From an uncultured Collinsella sp. (lineage in GTDB: Bacteria > Actinomycetota > Coriobacteriia > Coriobacteriales > Coriobacteriaceae), in NCBI GenBank assembly GCA_900544095.1, contig UQTV01000006.1, positions 32,184-96,183 of the forward strand: a stretch of DNA of 64,000 bases. The letters run 5' to 3'. Below are positions 1 through 9,281 of the stretch, piece by piece; within the stretch, counting starts at the first letter, position 1; each line of letters opens with the position of its first letter. The notes under the pieces were generated by a model that was given only the letters and a program-made list of their open reading frames with translations, was not told the origin of the DNA and made no database searches. The translations under genes and the position numbers were made by a program.

Positions 1-198
1 GTGCAGGGGATTGCAGCGAGCGATGCGCCTCACGGCAAGCCAGCAGCCTCTCAAAACACCGTACTTCTCAATCGCCTGAACGGCATATTGCGAGCACGTT
101 GGGTAGTAAATGCAGGCGTCAGGTAATAAGGGCGAAATAACCTGTTGATATATGCGAATAGGAGCGATGGCAACACGTCGCAAAACGTGATTGCTCAT
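1..198 (-). CDS. yidD: membrane protein insertion efficiency factor YidD, C-terminus cut by window edge
   Basis: Minus-strand ATG at 196-198 (ATGA overlap with rnpA stop) reads MSNHVLRRVAIAPIRIYQQVISPLLPDACIYYPTCSQYAVQAIEKYGVLRGCWLAVRRIARCNP, the YidD hallmark. It is missing from the ORF track only because it runs off the window. Confidence 0.8.
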   Translation of the reverse strand, partial: MSNHVLRRVAIAPIRIYQQVISPLLPDACIYYPTCSQYAVQAIEKYGVLRGCWLAVRRIARCNPLH

Positions 199-533
199 CG
201 CTCCTCCCCGGCAACGCCGGCGCGTTTCATAAGCGAACGCAATGCCTTGTCCATCTCCTGCGGCGAGGAGATCCTCGTCTTGGGAGTCGCGAACAAGATG
301 ATGTCATAACCCGCAACGGGAAATCCGCAGCTGCGGGCGGCCTCGCGCATCACACGCTTAGAACGGTTGCGCACGACTGCACAACCGAGCCGTTTAGCAC
401 CAACGAAGGCGACCCTTCCGGAGTCGCCTTCGCCAACCGCTTCACATATGGTCATTCGAATCAGAGGGTGATTGAAACGACGCCCCCGACTGAACACATG
501 CTCGAAATCTTGCCGAGACTTAATAGTCTTCAT
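195..533 (-). CDS. rnpA: ribonuclease P protein component
   Basis: 112-aa basic protein with FxxVFxxGRR and VRNRSKRVMREA motifs, in the classic position downstream of rpmH. Confidence 0.9.
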   Translation of the reverse strand: MKTIKSRQDFEHVFSRGRRFNHPLIRMTICEAVGEGDSGRVAFVGAKRLGCAVVRNRSKRVMREAARSCGFPVAGYDIILFATPKTRISSPQEMDKALRSLMKRAGVAGEER

Positions 534-553
534 GCGAGATGTGTGTATCGCTG

Positions 554-688
554 CTAGACAGTGAGACGCTTGCGGCCCTTGGCGCGGCGACGGGCGAGCA
601 CGGCACGACCACCCTTGGTGGCCATACGGGCACGGAAGCCATGGGTCTTGGCACGCTTACGCTTATTAGGCTGATACGTACGCTTCAT
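554..688 (-). CDS. rpmH: 50S ribosomal protein L34
   Basis: [44 protein letters not shown] is near-consensus L34. Track ORF 554..748 is an in-frame upstream extension, so the start was trimmed to the MKRTYQP Met. Confidence 0.95.
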   Translation of the reverse strand: MKRTYQPNKRKRAKTHGFRARMATKGGRAVLARRRAKGRKRLTV

Positions 689-748
689 CTTAAGTTCCTC
701 CTGCTGCATTTCGAGTGTCCGCGGGAGCGCGGACGCAGATATAGACAC

Positions 749-1033
749 GTGAGCTTGAAGATTGTAGGGAAATCAATGTTCAAATGTCAAGAAATCAAAG
801 GTGAAAGGTTGCGTAGTTCACACGGTTCCGCCATAAGCTCAACCGAAATTTGCGCCGCATTACAACTTTTCACGATATTTCATCGAGTTTTCAACAGGTC
901 ATGTTGGCAATGTTGAGAACTTTTCGCCCGTTTTCCAAAGTTTTCAACAGGTTTTGAAAAGTTGTCGAAAGATGAGAAACATTGCACGGTGAGCTACTAT
1001 TTGTTCGAAACCTTTTGAAAGATTGCGAGCGGC
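749..1033. promoter_or_regulatory. DnaA-box-like repeat cluster, candidate upstream half of a bipartite oriC and promoter region
   Basis: Lower-GC divergent intergenic region. It holds an exact 14-nt direct repeat AGTTTTCAACAGGT at 886-899 and 939-952, plus TTTTCCAAA at 931-939, TTGTCGAAA at 962-970 and TTGTTCGAAA at 1001-1010. All resemble the TTATCCACA/TTGTCCACA DnaA box with 2 mismatches. Confidence 0.5.
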
Positions 1034-2386
1034 ATGTCTGACGACTTTTACACCATGGTCGATTCCGGAGACCCGGCACCCGACAACGAGCACATCAACG
1101 GCGTGCGCGAAAAGCGTGGCGAGGAAGAGCAAGCTGCCGCGAAAACGCAGACTGCCATGTATGCCGCACGCATCGCGGTCTATGACGACATGCTGTCGAC
1201 GCCGCGCGTCATCGTCATCGAACCTAAGGACGTGCGCACCTATCTGGAAGAGACAACCAACACCGTCTACCAGTGCATGAAAGAACAGGGCGGGCACATC
1301 TCGCTCATGGTTATCCGCGAGATTGTCGAAAACTTTATCCACGCCCACTTTGCAGAGCCCATCATCTCGATCCTAGACGGCGGCGACACCATCCGATTCG
1401 CAGACCAGGGACCGGGGATCGACGACAAGGAGCGCGCGTTCGACTTTGGCGTTACCAGCGCAAACAGCAACATGAAGCGATACATCCGCGGAACCGGAGC
1501 CGGGTTTCCCATGGTGCAGGAGTACCTGGAAAACGCCGGCGGCGCTGTATCCATCGAGGACAACATGGGCAACGGCACCGTGGTCACGGTAAGCCTGAAC
1601 CCCAAGCGCGTGCAGGAAATCGAGCGCGCCGGCGGACGCGGTGCTGCCGTGCGGCCCGAGACGGAGCAGCCCACATATCCCCTGCCGGGAGCTTTTGCGC
1701 AGCAGCCCATGGCAACGCAACAGATGCAGCCCCCCGTGGGACAGATGCAGCAGCCCGGAATGCTTCCTACACAAGAGCCCCAGGCGGCATCGATGTCGAT
1801 GCCGCCAAACGCGCCAGAGGCCATGCCGCTGGCGGATCAGGATGCAGCAGCAATGCAGCAGGCGACGGGGGCACCGGGTGGCCAGCAAATGGGCTATCAG
1901 CCGTACCAACAGGGATATCCATATCAGCAGATGCCGCCACTGGGGTATGGCCAGCAGTTCCCGCAGCAGTACCAGCAGGGATATCAGCAGCCGTACCAGC
2001 AGATGCCGCAGCAGCAGTACAACCCCTGGGCCCAGCAGATGACTCCGCAGCCTTACCAACAGTGGCCTCAAAGTTTTCAACAGCAAATGCCGCCGATGCA
2101 GAGTTCTCAACAACCAGCAGCTCAAATGATGTATCCTAATGCAGCAAATCAGTATGCGCAGCCACAACCGGACGTGTTCGTAAGCGATCGCGGCAACGCC
2201 GCGCTGGGCTATCTGGCGCAAAATCAAGCGTGCGGTGCTACCGATCTGGCGAGGGTGTTTGGAAACTCGGCCCCCACTTGGTCACGCACGCTCAATGACT
2301 TGGCGCAGGCCGGCTTGGTCATCAAGCATGGCCAGAAATACCATCTGACCGAACTCGGCGCCGCTCGCGTGCGAGCTCAGAGCTAA
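1034..2386 (+). CDS. GHKL (Bergerat-fold) ATPase-domain protein with Q/P/Y-rich low-complexity region and C-terminal winged-helix domain; function unknown
   Basis: 450-aa ORF. It has an N-box-like EIVENFIHAH, a G1-like DQGPGID and a G2-like RGTGAGFP. Residues ~210-380 are Q/P/Y/M-rich. The C-terminus GYLAQNQACGATDLARVFGNSAPTWSRTLNDLAQAGLVIKHGQKYHLTELG reads as a MarR-like wHTH. It ends 15 nt before the dnaA start. Confidence 0.6.
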   Translation: MSDDFYTMVDSGDPAPDNEHINGVREKRGEEEQAAAKTQTAMYAARIAVYDDMLSTPRVIVIEPKDVRTYLEETTNTVYQCMKEQGGHISLMVIREIVENFIHAHFAEPIISILDGGDTIRFADQGPGIDDKERAFDFGVTSANSNMKRYIRGTGAGFPMVQEYLENAGGAVSIEDNMGNGTVVTVSLNPKRVQEIERAGGRGAAVRPETEQPTYPLPGAFAQQPMATQQMQPPVGQMQQPGMLPTQEPQAASMSMPPNAPEAMPLADQDAAAMQQATGAPGGQQMGYQPYQQGYPYQQMPPLGYGQQFPQQYQQGYQQPYQQMPQQQYNPWAQQMTPQPYQQWPQSFQQQMPPMQSSQQPAAQMMYPNAANQYAQPQPDVFVSDRGNAALGYLAQNQACGATDLARVFGNSAPTWSRTLNDLAQAGLVIKHGQKYHLTELGAARVRAQS

Positions 2387-2401
2387 AGAACGGGAGAGAC
2401 A

Positions 2402-4126
2402 GTGGACGAGGAAGCAAGCATCATCCTGGGGGATGCCATCGCCTTTTGCCAGCGCGACGGCCAAGATGCACGCCTCATCAACATGCTGGGGCAATCGCGC
2501 GCCATAAGCCTGACCGAAGATACGCTCACGATCGAGGCCCCCTCGCGCTTTGCCATCGCGCAGCTCAAAAAGCATCAGCCGACTATTGAGGCCTATCTGG
2601 AAGAAATCGCCTTTGCACCGATTGCGCTCGACATCGTGGCACCGCAAGGAGCCGTGGCGGAATCCGCTGCTGCGACGGCGCCCACCGCGGCTCCCGCTGC
2701 CTCCCCGGCGGTGCCGGCCTCCGCAGGCGACGTGCCGACAATCGAGCACCAGCACGGCGATGTTTCCCGTGAAACCATGGCACCGTTGCCGACCGCGGCG
2801 GCGACGTCAACGAACGCACCCGTCACGCACATGCCTATCGCTCACGACGCAGCGGCGGGCGCGGATTCGGGCATTGCAATCAAGAACACGCTCTCGGCCG
2901 ATGATTTTCGTCGCATGATGAACCAGATGAAGGGCGGAGCGCCGACTAAGTCCACGCAAGCTGCGACCCCCGCTTCACCCATGCCGGCACCGACCGTACC
3001 GGCCGAGCAGAATGCGGATGGAGCCCCGCTCGCCGCGAACTCAAAATTTACCTTTGAGAACTTTGTCTACGGCCCCGAGAACAGCCATGCCTATCGCTCG
3101 GCACTCAAGTTTGCCGCCCTCGCGGACGAGCGTGGCACGTGCACATCACTGTTCATCTACGGCAAATCGGGCCTGGGCAAGACGCACCTGCTGCTTGCCA
3201 TCAAAAACGAGCTCGCCGAGAAGTCGCCCGAGATCAAGGTCAAGTATGCCAACTCCCAGGCATATCTGGACGACCTGATGACCGAGTTCGACCGCCAAAA
3301 GAAGAGCAACGCCCCTATCATGCAGGCATACCACGGCGTGGACGTGCTCATCATCGATGACATCCAAAACATCATCGGCAAGCGCGCGAGCGTGGACTAC
3401 TTTTTCCAGCTCATGGACGAGTTCATCCGCAACAACAAGAAGGTCGTCATCGCGGCAGACCGCGCCCCCAAGGACCTGAGCATGGACGAGCGTCTGACCA
3501 GCCGCTTCAACGCCGGCATGCTCTGCTTGGTCGCAGAGCCCAGCTACGAGATGAAATACAAGATCTTGCAGCGCTATTACGAGAACACCATCGTCGCCGC
3601 TCCCGAGGCAGGCGACGACTCGCTGCTGGCGGCCTATGGGGGCGACGGCGGGCACCTGACCGACGAGCACTTTAAACACATGGCCGAGGTCTCGGGCACC
3701 AACATCCGCGAACTCGAGAGCTTCTGCGAGCGCTGCGCCGGCGAGGCGGGCGACCGCGAGCGCGAGGGCGGGGAGCTCACCTTTGACGATATCGACGCCA
3801 TCGCCAGCCAGTACTTTGACACATCGGCCAAAAAGATCAACGTCCAGACGGTTCAGTCCGTCATCGAAGAGCAGTACGGCGTGACGCACGAGGAGCTCAT
3901 CGGCCCGCGTCGCAACGCCAATATCGCCAAAGCACGCCATATCGCTATCTACCTGGCCATCGAGATGTGCGAGATGACGACCACGGCGGTGGGCGCCGAA
4001 TTTGGCAACCGCAACCACTCGACCGTCAGCACGAGTTACAAAAAGGTCCAGAAGATGATCCAGGAAGACCGGACTGTTACCGAAGACCTCAAGTCGCTGC
4101 GCGATAAAATTACACTGCGCTCGTAG
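2402..4126 (+). CDS. dnaA: chromosomal replication initiator protein DnaA
   Basis: 574 aa. It has an N-terminal domain I, a long A/P-rich linker, an AAA+ Walker A GKSGLGKTHLL and Walker B LIIDDIQ, and C-terminal domain IV with RHIAIYL and HSTVSTSYKKV. GTG start. Confidence 0.95.
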   Translation: MDEEASIILGDAIAFCQRDGQDARLINMLGQSRAISLTEDTLTIEAPSRFAIAQLKKHQPTIEAYLEEIAFAPIALDIVAPQGAVAESAAATAPTAAPAASPAVPASAGDVPTIEHQHGDVSRETMAPLPTAAATSTNAPVTHMPIAHDAAAGADSGIAIKNTLSADDFRRMMNQMKGGAPTKSTQAATPASPMPAPTVPAEQNADGAPLAANSKFTFENFVYGPENSHAYRSALKFAALADERGTCTSLFIYGKSGLGKTHLLLAIKNELAEKSPEIKVKYANSQAYLDDLMTEFDRQKKSNAPIMQAYHGVDVLIIDDIQNIIGKRASVDYFFQLMDEFIRNNKKVVIAADRAPKDLSMDERLTSRFNAGMLCLVAEPSYEMKYKILQRYYENTIVAAPEAGDDSLLAAYGGDGGHLTDEHFKHMAEVSGTNIRELESFCERCAGEAGDREREGGELTFDDIDAIASQYFDTSAKKINVQTVQSVIEEQYGVTHEELIGPRRNANIAKARHIAIYLAIEMCEMTTTAVGAEFGNRNHSTVSTSYKKVQKMIQEDRTVTEDLKSLRDKITLRS

Positions 4127-4364
4127 GTAAATGGACACAGCTGTTGAAAACTTGTCGAAACCACGGGCATAAGGTGTCTAAAACCCAACCCGCGGTGATG
4201 AAAAGTTTTGCGCAGGTTTTGAACGTGGAAAACCACCCCTGTTGCACACAGGTTGCTGTCGATTCTCTTTCTGGGTCCGACCTGCGTCTTTGGGAGTAAT
4301 CAACAGTTTCGTCAGTGCTATTACTATTATTAAGATATTTATATCTATAGAAAGGTATTAAAAG
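4127..4364. promoter_or_regulatory. candidate oriC core (dnaA-dnaN spacer) with DnaA-box-like sites and AT-rich unwinding element
   Basis: CTGTTGAAAACTTGTCGAAA at 4141-4160 is the reverse complement of the upstream 12-mer followed by TTGTCGAAA. A degenerate copy AAAGTTTTGCGCAGGTTTTGAA lies at 4202-4224 and GTGGAAAAC near 4225. A strongly AT-rich run lies at 4317-4364 (ctattactattattaagatatttatatctatagaaaggtattaaaag). Confidence 0.55.
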
Positions 4365-5468
4365 ATGAAGTTCACCGTCAGCCAAAGCTCGCTCACGCAA
4401 GCCATCGGCGTCGTTATGAAAGGCGTCGCTTCGGCATCTACCCTTCCCATCCTATCGGGCGTGCTCGTTAAAGCGCAGGACGGCATCTTGGAATTCCAAA
4501 CCTCTAACTACACCATCTCGATTCGTCATCGCATTGCCGCGCATGTCGAAGAAGAGGGCGAGATGGTGATTCCCTGCAAGATGCTCTCGAACATTACGAA
4601 GACCCTTCCCGACGCTCCGGTTACCTTTGAGCTCTCGGAGCGTCAGGTGCTGATTGGATGCGAGAAGAGTTCCTTCCGCCTCAACACGCTCGACGCCAAC
4701 GATTTTCCCGAGTTCCCTGCCTATGCCATCGAGAGCGCGGTGGAGCTCCCGACCGACATCCTGTCCGAGATGGTCGGTCGCGTATGGCGCGTCACTTCGA
4801 CCGATAAGGCCCGCCCCATTCTGGGAGGCGTGCACATGAAGGTCGAGAACAACACCGTGCGCCTGGTGGCAACCGACTCCTTCCGCCTGGCCGTATGCGA
4901 CACCCAGGTCGAGACCTCGACGCTCGAGGGCTCTTTTGAGCTCAACGTTCCGGCCGACGCCTTCAACGACGCCCTGAGCATCATGGCCAGCCAGGCGACC
5001 ATCATGATCGGCGCCACCGACACCCAGGTTGTCTTTGAGGCCGGCAACACCACCTATGTGTCGCGCCGTATCGAAGGCGTGTACCCCAACTACAAGCAGC
5101 TCATCCCCGATTCGTGCGTGACGAGCGTCAAGATCGACGTGGCGGCTTTTAATGCCGCCCTCAAGCGCGTGGCGGTCATCGCGAGCGCGAACCCCGCCGT
5201 CAAGTTCGAGATCGATGTCGAGAACGGTCAGATGGGTCTTTCCTCCATCTCCAATGACCAGGACCTGGCACAGGAGACGATCGATGTCGAGGCCGAGGGC
5301 GAGTCGGGCACCATCGCCTTTAACTACCACTACATCTTTGGCTGCCTCAATGCCCTGTCCAAGGAGAAGGAGATCACGCTGGAGCTCAAGAGCTACTCGC
5401 AGGCGGGTATCTTTAAGTCCTACGACAAGATCAACTATCTGTACCTGGTCATGCCGGTTCGCATCTAG
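4365..5468 (+). CDS. dnaN: DNA polymerase III beta sliding clamp
   Basis: 367 aa starting MKFTVSQSSLTQAI, with three-domain clamp length and the dnaA-dnaN-recF position. Confidence 0.95.
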   Translation: MKFTVSQSSLTQAIGVVMKGVASASTLPILSGVLVKAQDGILEFQTSNYTISIRHRIAAHVEEEGEMVIPCKMLSNITKTLPDAPVTFELSERQVLIGCEKSSFRLNTLDANDFPEFPAYAIESAVELPTDILSEMVGRVWRVTSTDKARPILGGVHMKVENNTVRLVATDSFRLAVCDTQVETSTLEGSFELNVPADAFNDALSIMASQATIMIGATDTQVVFEAGNTTYVSRRIEGVYPNYKQLIPDSCVTSVKIDVAAFNAALKRVAVIASANPAVKFEIDVENGQMGLSSISNDQDLAQETIDVEAEGESGTIAFNYHYIFGCLNALSKEKEITLELKSYSQAGIFKSYDKINYLYLVMPVRI

Positions 5469-5477
5469 CGCTGCGCC

Positions 5478-6584
5478 ATGACCATGTTTGCCCGCAACCT
5501 TTCCGTCGCGCGCTACCGCAGTTTCGACAGCTACCGTCTTGACCTGGACGAGGGCGTGACGGTGCTTGCGGGGCCCAACGCGGCGGGAAAGACCAACCTC
5601 ATAGAGGCGCTGCAGCTTTTGACGAGCGGCGCCTCGTTTAGGCATCCCACCGCAGCCGAGCTCGTGCACGACGGCACGGGCTCGTGCAGGCTCGAGTTGA
5701 GGCTCGAGGGCGATGGCCGCGTGCTCGATATGGGGCTGGGCGTTGAGGACGGCAAGCGCTCGTTTAGCCGTAACGGCAAGAGATGCTCCGCCGCCGGCGT
5801 GCGCGGGGTTTTGCCGAGCGTGCTGTTTTGCCCCGATCATCTGGATATGGTCAAGCGCGGTGCCAGCGTGCGCCGGGCCGCCCTCGACGACTTTGGCGTT
5901 CAGCTGAGCGCTCGTTACGCCGACTTGGCGAGCACCTACGGGCGCTGCGTGGCGCAGCGCAACGCCCTGCTCAAGGAGACCTGGTGCTGCCGCGAGATGC
6001 TCGGCGCATGGAACGACTCCATCGCCCGCGCCGGGTCCGCCCTGCTCGTGCATCGTTTGGCCCTGCTCGACCGACTGGCGGGCCATGTGCGCGCCGCGTA
6101 TGGGCAGGTGGCATCCGGCGAGGACGCGGGCGTGTCCTATGTGTCCACACTGGGGGATTTGCCTCAAGCCGAGGGGCGCGAGGAACTTAAGGACTGGGCG
6201 TACGAGCATATGCTCGCGGCCCTCGATGAACGTGCCGATGAGGAGATGCGCCGCGGCGTGACGCTTGTGGGTCCGCATCGCGACGAGATTGAGTTTTCCG
6301 TCGCGGGCCGATCGGCCCGTTCATTTGCCAGCCAGGGCCAGCAGCGAACGCTGGTGCTTGCCTGGAAGGTGGCAGAAGTGGCCGTGGCGCGCGATATCCT
6401 GGGCACAGCGCCGCTGCTGCTGTTGGACGACGTGATGAGCGAGCTCGATGCCGGGCGCCGAGGCGCTTTTCTGCAGCTGATCGGTGATGACATCCAGACG
6501 GTCATAACCACCACCAACTTGGGGTACTTTACTGATGACCTGCTTGAACGAGCCAAGGTGGTGAGCATGGGTGAGGCGTGCTAA
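5478..6584 (+). CDS. recF: DNA replication and repair protein RecF
   Basis: 368 aa with Walker A GPNAAGKTNLIEAL, the SMC-like signature SQGQQRTL and Walker B LLLLDDVMSELD. Confidence 0.95.
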   Translation: MTMFARNLSVARYRSFDSYRLDLDEGVTVLAGPNAAGKTNLIEALQLLTSGASFRHPTAAELVHDGTGSCRLELRLEGDGRVLDMGLGVEDGKRSFSRNGKRCSAAGVRGVLPSVLFCPDHLDMVKRGASVRRAALDDFGVQLSARYADLASTYGRCVAQRNALLKETWCCREMLGAWNDSIARAGSALLVHRLALLDRLAGHVRAAYGQVASGEDAGVSYVSTLGDLPQAEGREELKDWAYEHMLAALDERADEEMRRGVTLVGPHRDEIEFSVAGRSARSFASQGQQRTLVLAWKVAEVAVARDILGTAPLLLLDDVMSELDAGRRGAFLQLIGDDIQTVITTTNLGYFTDDLLERAKVVSMGEAC

Positions 6585-7134
6585 TTACGAGCGCGAGAAC
6601 GGAACGGTTGCCTTTGGCGGCTTTTTGGATGCCGAGCGTCAGCGCATCCTGGCGGCCGCGACACCTGAGCGCCGCGCGCAAATGGAGGCTGCCGAGGAGT
6701 CGCGCGCGGTTTATCGTGCCTGGAATGCGGTGTGCTCGGGCACGCGCGAGGGACGCCACGTGACGGGCCTGCGCTACCTACCCGAGACCAATGAGCTGCT
6801 GGTGTATCTCGATTCGCCCTCGTGGACGCAGGAGATGACGCTGCTGCGCGAGATCATCCGGGCGCGCATGGAGCGGGCCGGCGCGCATGTGGACGGTCTG
6901 GTGTTCAAAACGACCGCGCCCGGTCACACGCCGCCGGCTGCCAAGGAGCGCCTGCGCCCGGCCGTGACCGAGCGCCCGCCGGTTCCGCACGCCGATCTAA
7001 ACGAAGCCGAACGCGGCGAGATCGAGCGCCAAGTGGCGCCCATCGAAGACCAAAAACTGCGCGAGGCCCTCGAGAATGCCATGAGAGCCAGTGCCGAGTG
7101 GGCCAAGGGCGTGCAAAGCAAGAAAGAGCCTTAA
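6571..7134 (+). CDS. DUF721 / DciA-like protein (recF-gyrB spacer gene)
   Basis: 187 aa, overlapping the recF end by 14 nt. The core LLVYLDSPSWTQEMTLLREIIRARM matches the DUF721 pattern found at this locus in actinobacteria. GTG start is uncertain. Confidence 0.7.
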   Translation: MRRANYERENGTVAFGGFLDAERQRILAAATPERRAQMEAAEESRAVYRAWNAVCSGTREGRHVTGLRYLPETNELLVYLDSPSWTQEMTLLREIIRARMERAGAHVDGLVFKTTAPGHTPPAAKERLRPAVTERPPVPHADLNEAERGEIERQVAPIEDQKLREALENAMRASAEWAKGVQSKKEP

Positions 7135-7197
7135 ATCGCATCTGGTGGCCTTGTAGAGCCAAATACCCTCGCTCCCGAGGGTATTTTTTTACGATAA

Positions 7198-9270
<2,073 letters not shown>

Positions 9271-9281
9271 GAGGAGGTAAC

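Noticed and set aside
539-916. 125-aa plus-strand ORF across rpmH and the origin spacer.
   Set aside because: It is antisense to the near-consensus L34 gene, runs into the repeat-rich intergenic region, and has no motif support.
4452-6278. 608-aa minus-strand ORF antisense to dnaN and recF.
   Set aside because: It is an R/A/G/H/L-rich translation with no motifs, lying exactly opposite two well-supported genes. This is the usual stop-codon-poor antisense frame of high-GC DNA.
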